From Vulcanimicrobiota bacterium (GTDB lineage: Bacteria; Vulcanimicrobiota; Vulcanimicrobiia; Vulcanimicrobiales; Vulcanimicrobiaceae): 64,000 bases of DNA. Both the position numbers and the translations under genes were made by a program. Below are positions 48,485 to 57,735 of the stretch, one piece after another. The notes under the pieces were generated by a model. The model ran no database searches. It was not told where the DNA came from and saw nothing but the letters and a program-made list of their open reading frames with translations. Where the stretch lies: assembly GCA_963812155.1 (NCBI GenBank), contig CAWETW010000003.1:1024001-1088000 (forward strand), read 5' to 3'. The number at the start of each line of letters is the position of its first letter. Within the stretch, counting starts at the first letter, position 1.

Positions 48485-49408
48485 CTAGGCGATGCGGCGG
48501 TAAGCGTCGGAGACTCCGGACCATGACACGACGTCCGGATGAATGAGGTGCGCGAGGAGTTCCGTGCCGTCGACGATACGGGGTCCTGGCCTGGCGAAAT
48601 ACGCGTCTGCGTCAACTGCGTAGACGCGTCCGCTTTTCACCGCAGGCAACTCATCCCACTGAGGCAGCGATTGCAAAACCCGAGCTTGTTCCACCGCCCC
48701 GCTCAGGTGGAAACCACACGGCGTGACGATGAGTATTTCGGGTGCCCACGCTACTACGTCGCTCCAGCTTACGCGTCGCGAATCTTCACCGGGATGTCCA
48801 AGCCCGTCGAACCCGCCGGCGATGTGGACCATTTCGGGCAGCCAATGGCCGCAAGAGAAGATCGGATCGACCCATTCGGCGCAGAAGACGCGCGGCCGTT
48901 CCTTCGCGTCGCGCAACGCGGTGCGGACCTTTTCCAAGCGGGATTCGGCGGCCGCTACGAGTGCGTCGCCTGCCGCTTCTTGTCCGGTCGCGGCCGAGAG
49001 TTCGATGACGTTGCGCTGCACGCCGGCCATCGAGTGCGGGCTCATGAACAGCACTGCAGGGGTCGCCTTGAGCGATTGGAGGGCGCGGCCGAGTTCGTTG
49101 CCCGACGGAGCGCAGACTCGGCACAAGTCTTGCGTGACGATGAGATCGGGTTCGAGCTCGTGCAGCAGCAGTTCGTCGATTTCGTAGATGCTCTCGCCGA
49201 GCGCAATGCGAGCCGAGATGATGGCGTCGATCTCCGCGATCGTCATGCCGGCGAGGTTCACGGACGGGCGCGATACAACCGGTTTGCTTCTCGCGTCGTT
49301 CGGGAAATCGCATTCGTGCGTCACGCCGGCGAGCCGGTCGCCGATGCCCAGCGCGTAGACCATTTCCGTGGCCGCCGGCAGAAGCGATACGATGCGTTGG
49401 CCCTTCAT
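48485..49408 (-). CDS. Cobalamin/iron-siderophore binding protein (BtuF-like), no signal peptide
   Basis: RIVSLLPAATE, GVTHECDFP, TQDLCRVC, RPGPRIVDG. Confidence 0.88.
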   Translation of the reverse strand: MKGQRIVSLLPAATEMVYALGIGDRLAGVTHECDFPNDARSKPVVSRPSVNLAGMTIAEIDAIISARIALGESIYEIDELLLHELEPDLIVTQDLCRVCAPSGNELGRALQSLKATPAVLFMSPHSMAGVQRNVIELSAATGQEAAGDALVAAAESRLEKVRTALRDAKERPRVFCAEWVDPIFSCGHWLPEMVHIAGGFDGLGHPGEDSRRVSWSDVVAWAPEILIVTPCGFHLSGAVEQARVLQSLPQWDELPAVKSGRVYAVDADAYFARPGPRIVDGTELLAHLIHPDVVSWSGVSDAYRRIA

Positions 49409-49476
49409 GGCCGGGAGTGTCTCACGTCGAGGTCCGCGAGTCCTGGCGGAATAAGACGGAAGATTAGGTCGAGCGG

Positions 49477-49896
49477 CTAAACGCGCGGGACTTCGGCGAG
49501 AAAGTCTAAGTCGACAAGTCGGTTGTCGTCGGGAACGGCGTCTTCCAGCCGATCGGTAAGGGTGAAGACCTCGGCCAAGCGCAGGATATCGAAGATGCGG
49601 CGAAGCGCGTCGTTGGGGATCACGATCGTTTCGCGTTGCAGGCCTTTGGCTTTGCGCACCTTATGCAAGCGGATAAACTCGCCGATGGCGGTCGAGTCGA
49701 GATAGCGAACCTCGGTAAGGTCGAGGATGACGTTGCTTACGTCGTTGAGCCGTTCCAACCCGGCACTCAGGCGATCCCGAGTACTGATGTCGAACTCGCC
49801 GATGAGCGTCATGACGACGGTGCGGCCGTCGCTGGATGTCACTTGCGGAGCCATCCCGGCGTGTCCGTTGGTGGAGTGACCTATCTGCTGTTGCAT
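49477..49896 (-). CDS. STAS-domain anti-sigma factor antagonist
   Basis: GEFDIS, ILDLTEVRYLDSTAIG. Confidence 0.88.
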   Translation of the reverse strand: MQQQIGHSTNGHAGMAPQVTSSDGRTVVMTLIGEFDISTRDRLSAGLERLNDVSNVILDLTEVRYLDSTAIGEFIRLHKVRKAKGLQRETIVIPNDALRRIFDILRLAEVFTLTDRLEDAVPDDNRLVDLDFLAEVPRV

Positions 49897-50067
49897 CTCA
49901 AAACCCCCCGAGCGACGATCCCGTTATGAATAGTCTACGGTGCGGACGAACGGCAAACAAGATGTGACTGTTATGAATAAATCCCCGGGTTTCATAAATT
50001 TGTCGACGCACATCAGGCGCGAAGCGAAGCACGTTCGGTATGTGATTCGGACCGAGGAACAAGGCGG

Positions 50068-50463
50068 TTACGCACCATTGCGGGACGCGAAGGAGCGCGC
50101 CGCGATCATGAGGGAAACTTGGGCCGGCTCGAGCGGCTGATCGCGCAGGACGGTGAGCGGCGTCAAGTCGTGCAACTGCGGATTGGATCCGTGGAACCAC
50201 GCCCGAGCGAGTTCGCGCGAGGCGACCGTCGAAATCATCAGCGCCATCTGAAGGGCAAAGCGCAGGACGTTGGGGCGTTGGGGCTGGCGCGTTCCCGCAA
50301 TCCATTGCTGCACGGCACGCGTTTCTTGCACTCCGCCGAGAGCCGCCACGGTGGGCGCGCCGAGGAGTTCGACCAAGGACTCGACGACCCGCTCCATCGG
50401 GAGCGACATGGCTTCATTATGGGCGTCGCCCGACGTCAGGACGGGCGCTCGCTGGTCTTTCAT
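50068..50463 (-). CDS. Xre/MbcA/ParS antitoxin-like protein
   Basis: HTH-like VAALGGV..TRAVQQW and C-terminal ARAWFHGSNPQL..LTPLTVLR; ATG at 50463. Confidence 0.65.
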   Translation of the reverse strand: MKDQRAPVLTSGDAHNEAMSLPMERVVESLVELLGAPTVAALGGVQETRAVQQWIAGTRQPQRPNVLRFALQMALMISTVASRELARAWFHGSNPQLHDLTPLTVLRDQPLEPAQVSLMIAARSFASRNGA

Positions 50464-50470
50464 GTCAGGT

Positions 50471-50498
50471 AGTATAACAGGGTGAATCCCACTGTCAA
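50471..50498 (-). promoter_or_regulatory. Near-consensus sigma70 promoter (leaderless transcript)
   Basis: Minus strand TTGACA-16 nt-TATACT with extended TG, 7 nt before ATG 50463. Confidence 0.7.
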
Positions 50499-50512
50499 TA
50501 GCTAGGAAAATA

Positions 50513-52375
50513 ATGGTACGAATCCCGCAGCGGAGCCGCAACCCAGCCGTCGAAGCCGGACGCGTGCACAGGCGCGGCTCGCCGTTACGGGAGTTCATTC
50601 GCTTCGTCTGCGAACGGCTCTCGCTTGCGGTCGTGGCTATCGGCACGATCGTCATGGTGCTCGTCTTCGTCGTGGTCGAAGACAATGCGACGCATATCGG
50701 CTACTTCCCGATCGTCTTCGAACACAACGACAACCGGGTGGAAGTGGAGTCGGCGCCGGCGGGCGGCGAGGCTTTGCGGACCGGCGATCGCGTCGATCTA
50801 GAGGCGCTGACGCAGCCCCAACGGTTCTCGCTCTTGCGCGGAGCGCCGGCCCAGGAAACGATCGCGCTTCAGGCGTCGCGCGGCGAGCGTCGCTTCACCA
50901 CGCACGTCACTGCCAGCGCGGTCGATCATTCGCCGCGTGCCGTTATTGCGCGCGACGTCGGCACGCCGCTGTGCTTCTTCGTATCGCTCGCACTCGCGAG
51001 TGCGCTCTTCTTGATTCAACCGCGCACGATCACGCTCGCTTTTTATCTTTACACGATGCTGATGCTCGTGAAGGTAAACCAGACCGCGCTCGATCTCGCC
51101 AACTGGCCGATCAGCCTGGCGAGCGACCTGGTCATCCAAGTGCTCTATCCGCTGACGCAAATCATGATTCTGGTGTTCGCGCAGCGGCTCTACGGGCGGC
51201 CGAGCCGGCGGTGGCCGTGGTTCTTTTACAGTGCGGTTGCGCTATCGCTCGTCGCGTTCGTCGCATGGGTCGATCCGCTGGTCTGGATCGTCTACCAACG
51301 CTACGGTTTTCCAGGCCCGGCGCAGCTCTTCATGAGTCTTTCCGATATCGCGCTGCTATCGGTAGTCATCGCCGGCTTGGCGTACATTGCGTCGGGCGCG
51401 ACGCTGCTCGACCGCCGGCGCGTCACGTGGGTCGTTGCGGGCATCGCGCTTTCGCCGATTCTGGACCTCACTTGGGCGATCACCAACGCTTTTGCGACGC
51501 TGATCGGCAACAGCTCGACGACGCTGCTGTACGTGCAGCACTGGACGGACGTGCTGGCTCCGTGGTTCGGGCTTGCTGGGTCGGTCTTCGTGGTCTACGG
51601 ATTTTTATCGGAGCGCGTCGTCGATTTTCGCTTTGCGATCGGACGCGCCGCGATCTACGGCGGCGTTACCGCGGTGTTGCTGCTCTGTTTCGGCGCGCTC
51701 GAGTGGTGGGCCGAGAAGATTTTCGAAACGACGCGTCCGGCGATCTATCTGAGCTTGTTTGCAGCATTGGCGATCGGGCTTACGCTCAACGCACTGCACG
51801 GACGGATCGAGGGATGGCTGAACTCGGTTTTCTTTCGCGAGCAGAAGCGCGCCGACGACGCGTTGCGACGCGCAGCGCGGGCGCTCGCAACGACGTCGTC
51901 GGAGAAGACGCTCATCGAGTTTCTCGTCGAAGAGCCGGTGCGCGTGCTCGACCTCACCTCCGCCGCGCTCTTTCTCGCGCGCCGTGAAGGCGGCGAGTTC
52001 GAACGTACCGCAGCGCGTGGCTGGACGCGCGAGGAGACCGAGCGCATCGATCCCGAGGATCCGCTCATCGTCGAACTGCGCGCCGAGCTGGGACCGGTGG
52101 TACTCGACGGCAGGCCGCGCGCCGAAACGATTCTTCCCGGCGGCGCGAAGGCACCGTCGCTGGTCGTTCCCTTGGTAATGCGCGCGACGGTGTTCGGCTT
52201 TGTTTTTTACGGCGTGCGTTCGAGTGGGTTGGCACTCAACCCCGACGAACGCATCTTACTCGAATCCATCGCGGTCAGCGCGGCCGCCGCCTTCGATCAC
52301 ATCGACGCGGAACGTTCGCGGGCGCGGATTCACGAACTCGAGCGGCGGCTCCACGAACTGGGTGCGTCGCCGTAG
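50513..52375 (+). CDS. Multi-pass membrane protein with C-terminal GAF domain
   Basis: N-terminal TM, small PDZ-like segment (LRTGDRVD), about 8 TMs, GAF-like LVVPLV...FGFVFYG...DERILLESIA; no output domain. Confidence 0.75.
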   Translation: MVRIPQRSRNPAVEAGRVHRRGSPLREFIRFVCERLSLAVVAIGTIVMVLVFVVVEDNATHIGYFPIVFEHNDNRVEVESAPAGGEALRTGDRVDLEALTQPQRFSLLRGAPAQETIALQASRGERRFTTHVTASAVDHSPRAVIARDVGTPLCFFVSLALASALFLIQPRTITLAFYLYTMLMLVKVNQTALDLANWPISLASDLVIQVLYPLTQIMILVFAQRLYGRPSRRWPWFFYSAVALSLVAFVAWVDPLVWIVYQRYGFPGPAQLFMSLSDIALLSVVIAGLAYIASGATLLDRRRVTWVVAGIALSPILDLTWAITNAFATLIGNSSTTLLYVQHWTDVLAPWFGLAGSVFVVYGFLSERVVDFRFAIGRAAIYGGVTAVLLLCFGALEWWAEKIFETTRPAIYLSLFAALAIGLTLNALHGRIEGWLNSVFFREQKRADDALRRAARALATTSSEKTLIEFLVEEPVRVLDLTSAALFLARREGGEFERTAARGWTREETERIDPEDPLIVELRAELGPVVLDGRPRAETILPGGAKAPSLVVPLVMRATVFGFVFYGVRSSGLALNPDERILLESIAVSAAAAFDHIDAERSRARIHELERRLHELGASP

Positions 52376-52942
52376 CTACTCGGATGGGGGCGCGGCCTTC
52401 TGAGCCTGCACGGCCTCCACGTTGAGTTCGATGCGGACCTCGTCGCCGACGACCACGCCGCCGGTTTCGAGCGCAGCGTTCCAGGCAAGGCCGAAGTCTT
52501 TGCGGTTGATCGTGCCGTGCGCGGCATAGCCGACGCGGATGCCTCCCCACGGGTCCGCTGCACGACCTTCGAAACTGCCGCTGAGCCGCACGTCGCGCGT
52601 GACGCCGCGAATCGTGAGCTTGCCGTCGATCGTCATCTCTTGCGGAGTTCCCTCGATTCGCGTGCTCTCGAACGTAAGCTGCGGAAAGTTATCAACGTCG
52701 AAGAAATCGGCTGACCGTAGGTGCGCGTCGCGCTGCTCTTCGCGCGTGTCGATCGAAGTGGCGTCGATTGTGGCGGTTATCGCGGCCGGCAGGTCGCTGC
52801 CGGGCGTCAGCTCGACTTGCCCCGTGAAGGTCGTGAAGCGGCCCCGAACCTTAGTGATCATGAGGTGGCGAACGATGAACTCGACGGTCGTGTGGGCCGG
52901 GTCGAGGGTGTAGACGGTGCGTTCTTGGAGTTGGGTGGGCAC
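52376..52942 (-). CDS. YceI family protein
   Basis: LDPAHTTVEFIVRH, RDAHLRSADFFD, INRKDFG. Confidence 0.95.
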   Translation of the reverse strand: MPTQLQERTVYTLDPAHTTVEFIVRHLMITKVRGRFTTFTGQVELTPGSDLPAAITATIDATSIDTREEQRDAHLRSADFFDVDNFPQLTFESTRIEGTPQEMTIDGKLTIRGVTRDVRLSGSFEGRAADPWGGIRVGYAAHGTINRKDFGLAWNAALETGGVVVGDEVRIELNVEAVQAQKAAPPSE

Positions 52943-52978
52943 GGTTTTCTCCTTCGTTGCGAGGATTGCGGTTGCGGT

Positions 52979-52998
52979 TAGGCGACAGGTGTCGTATA
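52979..52998. promoter_or_regulatory. Putative TetR operator
   Basis: Palindrome TAggCGACAggTGTCGtaTA between divergent yceI-like and tetR genes; TTAGGCGAC recurs at 53066-53074. Confidence 0.5.
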
Positions 52999-53086
52999 CT
53001 AGCCTCGTGTCGAGTATCTACCCACCGAGTTCGAGCGTCAACCGGCAAAAAGGCGGAAGTGTTGCTTAGGCGACGGTTGTGCGAAA

Positions 53087-53644
53087 GTGGCGGTTAACGC
53101 ACCGGCCGAGCGCCCGCGACGCGTCGATCCGCGGGTCGCGCGTACGCGCAAGCTCATTCGCGATGCGCTAGCCTCGTTGCTGGCGGAGAAGAATTTCGAA
53201 TCGATCAGCGTGCTCGATATCGCCGAACGCGCGACCGTGAATCGCGCGACCTTTTACGCGCACTTTACCGATAAATTCGCGCTGCTCGACGCGATGATTC
53301 GTGAGGATTTTGCCGCGCATCTCGCCGACGGCGATCCACTGAACGCTTCGCAAGTCGGCGCGCTGTTGCGCAAGACCGGTGAGAACACGTTCGGGTTCGT
53401 CGGTTTGCACCGGCGGTGCCGAGTCGATCGCGATTTCGAGCCGCAGATGCAGCGCAGCCTCGAAGCGGAGTTAACGGAGTTTCTTTCTGCGCGTTTCGGG
53501 CATTGCACGGCGATGCTCGTGGCGTCGGCGCTGGTCGGCGCCGCAATGAATTGGCGGCATCAATCCCCCAACGCTCCCGCCACGCCGATCGTAGCAAACA
53601 TCGTGCGCATTCTCGTCGACGGGGTCGGCACGACGGCACGGTAG
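53087..53644 (+). CDS. TetR/AcrR family transcriptional regulator
   Basis: DPRVARTR, ISVLDIAERATVNRATFYAHFTDK. Confidence 0.93.
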   Translation: MAVNAPAERPRRVDPRVARTRKLIRDALASLLAEKNFESISVLDIAERATVNRATFYAHFTDKFALLDAMIREDFAAHLADGDPLNASQVGALLRKTGENTFGFVGLHRRCRVDRDFEPQMQRSLEAELTEFLSARFGHCTAMLVASALVGAAMNWRHQSPNAPATPIVANIVRILVDGVGTTAR

Positions 53645-53827
53645 CGGGTGGGACGAGCGGCGGTCTCGGGCCACCGCAGACGTCGGATCTCGCGGCGGCC
53701 CCAAGCTGTCGATTGCCGGAACGTCATTGCAGTGCTATCGTAGGGGACTAGGGCTCGCTTGGTGGAGCTGGAGGGCCGCTCGCCGTTGCAACAGGTTCTG
53801 CGGCAAACGTACGCGTTGGAGGAATAG

Positions 53828-55048
53828 ATGAGGGCACACGTCGGCGCGACCGTTATCGCGCTTTTCGCGGCTTCAGTTTTTGCGGGCTGCTCCGGGTCAC
53901 CACAATCGGATCTCCCAGCGCCAAGCGGATACGCGGCGATCTCGTCGTCGCACGCTCAGCCGGGAGCTGAGCAGTTCCGCAGCGCTCGTCCTTTCTCGGA
54001 GTCGGTGCTCTACAGCTTCGCGAACGCCCCGGATGGTTTGGAGCCGTGGGGATCGGTCATCAACGTGAACGGCACGTTTTACGGCACGACCACGGGCGGT
54101 GGTGCGAACAATCTCGGCACGGTCTTCACCGTTTCGACCAATGGGGTGGAGCACGTGCTCTATAGTTTCGCCGGCGGTACCGACGGTGCGACTCCGTACG
54201 GCGCGTTGGTAAAAGTCGGCAGCAAGTTGTACGGCACCACCGCGTTCGGCGGCTCCAACAACAATGGGACGGTCTATTCCATCACCACGGGCGGCGCGGA
54301 AAACGTGCTCTACCGTTTTCTGGGTAACGGGGCCGACGGCGTGACGCCGTACGCTCCGTTGACGAATATCAACGGGACGCTGTACGGCACGACCGATCAC
54401 GGCGGTCCGCAAGGCAATGGCACGATCTACAGCATCACGACGTCAGGCACGTACAATTCGCTTCACGACTTCACCGGTTTTCCGAGCGACGGAGCACATT
54501 CGTACGCCGGATTCACCAACGTAGGCGGCGTCCTGTACGGTGCAACGATCGCCGGCGGCGCAAACGACATGGGAACGATTTACAGGTATACCCCGGGCGG
54601 GTCGGTGCACGTGGTATACAGCTTTGCCGGAGGGCACGACGGCGCGATGCCCTACGCCTGCTGCGTGAAAATCGGCAAGGCGCTCTACGACACGACGGCA
54701 TTCGGCGGGAAAAGCTTTGGTACGATTTTCAAAATTACGATTGCAAACGGTAAGGAGAAGGTGCTCTACCGCTTTCTCGGCGGAGCCGACGGAGCAGATC
54801 CGTATGCGGGACTCACGAACCTCAACGGAACGCTCTACGGTGTGACGCAACAACAGGGTGCTAGCGGTAACGGAACGATGTTCAGCATTGTTCCCGGAGG
54901 CGCTTACGCCAAGCTCCACGACTTTGGTGCGGCGCCCGACGCCGGAACGTCGTATGCCACCATGCTCGACGTCAACGGCACGTTGTACGGGACAAGCTAT
55001 GCGGGTGGCACCGCTGGCGCCGGAACCGTATTTGGCTTTACACCGTAG
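53828..55048 (+). CDS. Tandem-repeat beta-propeller lipoprotein (GloVer-type repeats)
   Basis: FAGC lipobox; repeats of VLY[S/R]F.G..DGA.PY..L...NG.LYGTT..GG....GT[V/I][F/Y]. Confidence 0.85.
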   Translation: MRAHVGATVIALFAASVFAGCSGSPQSDLPAPSGYAAISSSHAQPGAEQFRSARPFSESVLYSFANAPDGLEPWGSVINVNGTFYGTTTGGGANNLGTVFTVSTNGVEHVLYSFAGGTDGATPYGALVKVGSKLYGTTAFGGSNNNGTVYSITTGGAENVLYRFLGNGADGVTPYAPLTNINGTLYGTTDHGGPQGNGTIYSITTSGTYNSLHDFTGFPSDGAHSYAGFTNVGGVLYGATIAGGANDMGTIYRYTPGGSVHVVYSFAGGHDGAMPYACCVKIGKALYDTTAFGGKSFGTIFKITIANGKEKVLYRFLGGADGADPYAGLTNLNGTLYGVTQQQGASGNGTMFSIVPGGAYAKLHDFGAAPDAGTSYATMLDVNGTLYGTSYAGGTAGAGTVFGFTP

Positions 55049-55100
55049 CGGAATGTTCGAGTTGTTCAACGTGCGATATCCGCGACACGCGTACGGCGTA

Positions 55101-56087
55101 ATGCGATCGTTGCAAGCGCTTGCAGCGTCCGCTGCGCTTGGGCTGGCGGCGGGATGTGCCGGTGCCGGCTCGGTGAGTGCCGCGCCCGAGCCGTCGCCGG
55201 CAACCAGCGTGACGGTCTATGGGAATGCCGCGATGGGCGACGCCGCTCCGGCACGCATCATCGTGGGTGCTCGCACCGGGTTGCACTTCCCCAGCGCCGT
55301 CGCGATTGACGCGCACGGAAACCGGTACGTCGCCAACCGCGCCGACAATAGCGTCACCGTCTACGGCAGCAGCGCGCGCGGTAATGCGGCGCCGCTCCGG
55401 ACAATCGCCGGCGTCCGAACGGGTCTCGACCTTCCGACGGGTCTCGCGCTCGATGCGCGAGGCAACGTCTACGTCGCGAACCGGTCGGGCAACACCGTCA
55501 CGGTTTACGCTTCGGCGGCCGGCGGAAACGCCGCGCCGATTCGTACGTTAAGGGGATCGCTCACGCATCTGGATGGGCCGACAAGCATTGCCCTTGACGC
55601 GCATCAAAATGTCTACGTCACCAATCTCGCTGGCCGAAGTGTCACGACGTTCGCGCCCGGCGCGGGCGGCGACGTTGCACCGGTTCGCATAATTCGCGGT
55701 AACCGGACGCGACTGACGGCGGCCTTCGCGATCACGGTCGATCGAGGTGGGACCGTGTACGTCGTGAATTCCGACGACAACGGCGTCGAAGGCGTGCTCG
55801 TCTTTGCGCCCGGAGTTCACGGCAACGTTGCACCCGCGCGCATCATTGCCGGTTCGGCTGCAAAGCTGGAAACTGCGAGCGGTGTCGCAGTCGACGCGCG
55901 TGGGTCGATCTTCGTCTCCGACCACGGAGGGAGCGGCGGCCCCGGCGCGATCCGAGTTTTTGCGAAGGATGCCGACGGCAACACTGCTCCTCTCTATTCC
56001 ATCGCCGGCAGCGCGACGCGTTTGCGCCCGTACGGCATCACGATCGATCGTAGCGGCACCATCAACGTCGTCAATCAAGCGGAGTAA
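55101..56087 (+). CDS. NHL-like beta-propeller lipoprotein
   Basis: AAGC lipobox; repeats of G[N/D].AP.R.I.G..T.L..P..[I/L]A.D..GN.YV.N. Confidence 0.82.
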   Translation: MRSLQALAASAALGLAAGCAGAGSVSAAPEPSPATSVTVYGNAAMGDAAPARIIVGARTGLHFPSAVAIDAHGNRYVANRADNSVTVYGSSARGNAAPLRTIAGVRTGLDLPTGLALDARGNVYVANRSGNTVTVYASAAGGNAAPIRTLRGSLTHLDGPTSIALDAHQNVYVTNLAGRSVTTFAPGAGGDVAPVRIIRGNRTRLTAAFAITVDRGGTVYVVNSDDNGVEGVLVFAPGVHGNVAPARIIAGSAAKLETASGVAVDARGSIFVSDHGGSGGPGAIRVFAKDADGNTAPLYSIAGSATRLRPYGITIDRSGTINVVNQAE

Positions 56088-56128
56088 CCGGCGTCGCAGT
56101 GCGGACTAAGAGAAAGGACTGGCGGCAC

Positions 56129-57220
56129 ATGCATTCAGCTTCACCGCGTTTCGCGTCTAATGCCCTCGCGTTTTTCATATCCTGTACGCTGCTGATCGGC
56201 TGTGCGAGCGGGGGATCGCAACTGGCTCCCGCACAGCCCATGACGCGAAACGCTTTTTCTTCGGCTTTGAGCGCCGGCGATGTGGACGAGCGCGAAACGA
56301 CGCTTGCCGGAACCGCGGGCCCGAACCTGTACGTCGCAAACACCGGCAATAATACGGTGACCGTCTACCGGCGAGGAAGCACGACCCTGCTGCGGACGAT
56401 CTCTCAGGGGATAGACGGCCCGATTGCACTGGCGTTCGGTCGCTCCGGCGAGCTCTTCGTGGCAAACGATCAAGCAAATACGGTGACGGTGTACGCCTCA
56501 GGCAGCACATCGCTGCTGCGGACGATTTCCGGATTGGATTATCCGGATGCATTGGCGGTCGGAAACTCCGGCAATCTCTACGTCGCAAACGGGAATGCGA
56601 ATACCGTCACGGTGTACGGTCCCGGCGGCCGATCGCCGTTACGGACCATCTCTCAGGGTATAGACAGCCCGCAACATCTGGCGATTGCTGCGTCGGGCAA
56701 TCTCTTCGTTGCCAACGTTAACAGTCACACCGTAACCGTGTACCGCCGAGGCAGCACAACGTTGTTGCGGACGATCTCGCAGGGCGTGTCCGTTCCGACC
56801 GCCCTGGCGTTTGACGGCAACAATAATCTCTATGTGGCCAACTGCGGTGCGAACTGTGGAGGGTCGGGGAACGGCACGGTGACGGTCTACGCCCCCGGCA
56901 GCACTTCAGTGCTGCGTACCATCTCCGAAGGCATGAACCGGCCAACTGCGCTGGCGATTAACGCGTCGGGTAAACTCTTCGTGGCGAACGATCTAGCAAA
57001 TACCGTGACGGTCTACGCTCCAGGCAGTACGTCGGTACTGCGTACCATCTCTCAGGGCATCAGCAATCCTGTTGGACTGACGTTTAGCAACTCCGGCGCG
57101 CTCTTTGTCACAAACAGCGCCGCTAACGACGTGACCGTCTATGCCAAGGGGCGGTCTGCGGTGCTGCGGACGATCTCCCAGGGCGTGAACAATCCGGGGT
57201 CGCCGGCCTTTGGGCCATAA
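56129..57220 (+). CDS. NHL-like beta-propeller lipoprotein, paralog of 41249-42319
   Basis: LIGC lipobox; seven L[Y/F]V[A/T]N...VTVY..G....LRTIS repeats; same AFGP C-terminus. Confidence 0.85.
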   Translation: MHSASPRFASNALAFFISCTLLIGCASGGSQLAPAQPMTRNAFSSALSAGDVDERETTLAGTAGPNLYVANTGNNTVTVYRRGSTTLLRTISQGIDGPIALAFGRSGELFVANDQANTVTVYASGSTSLLRTISGLDYPDALAVGNSGNLYVANGNANTVTVYGPGGRSPLRTISQGIDSPQHLAIAASGNLFVANVNSHTVTVYRRGSTTLLRTISQGVSVPTALAFDGNNNLYVANCGANCGGSGNGTVTVYAPGSTSVLRTISEGMNRPTALAINASGKLFVANDLANTVTVYAPGSTSVLRTISQGISNPVGLTFSNSGALFVTNSAANDVTVYAKGRSAVLRTISQGVNNPGSPAFGP

Positions 57221-57234
57221 GTCCCGCGAAACGT

Positions 57235-57663
57235 TCACGACGATGCGCACATTAACTCGACGGTGTTGCCTGAAGGATCGCGCACGTAGAGCGAGAGCGT
57301 TTTGCCCTGTGGATCGTCGTTGACTCGCTCTTCGACGACCTCGATGACGTGCTCGACGAGATGACGGCGCAACGCTCCTTCGTCGCTCGCGTCTAACCGG
57401 AGGGCGAAGTGGTCGACGTTGCGGCCGCCGGCAACTGTGGGTCGCGCCCACGCGCCTTCCGGCACTGCGATATCGACGACATCGATGTGCGAGGCGCCCG
57501 CGCGCAACTCGGCCATCCCGTACGCGGGCAGCCTCGTCTCCAATCGCGCGCCGAGCACCCCTTCATAGAATTCAAGCGTCTCGTCCATGCCGCGTACCAA
57601 GAGCAGCACGTGCTCGATTCCCTTCAGCGTAAAGGGTGGCCGTGACGCATCCGTATCCCGCAT
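57235..57663 (-). CDS. VOC/glyoxalase family protein
   Basis: IEHVLLLV...FYEGVLG, VDHFAL, YVRDPSGNTVEL. Confidence 0.9.
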   Translation of the reverse strand: MRDTDASRPPFTLKGIEHVLLLVRGMDETLEFYEGVLGARLETRLPAYGMAELRAGASHIDVVDIAVPEGAWARPTVAGGRNVDHFALRLDASDEGALRRHLVEHVIEVVEERVNDDPQGKTLSLYVRDPSGNTVELMCASS

Positions 57664-57735
57664 CGTTGCGCACACTTCCACTCTTGCTACGCTTCTACTT
57701 CCGGCCCGGAACCTCGCGTCGTCGATTCGCTTCAG

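Noticed and set aside
41249..57220. Similar repeats in propeller genes as a diversity-generating retroelement or shufflon
   Set aside because: No reverse transcriptase or recombinase and no near-identical template/variable pair; similarity is at the protein-repeat level.
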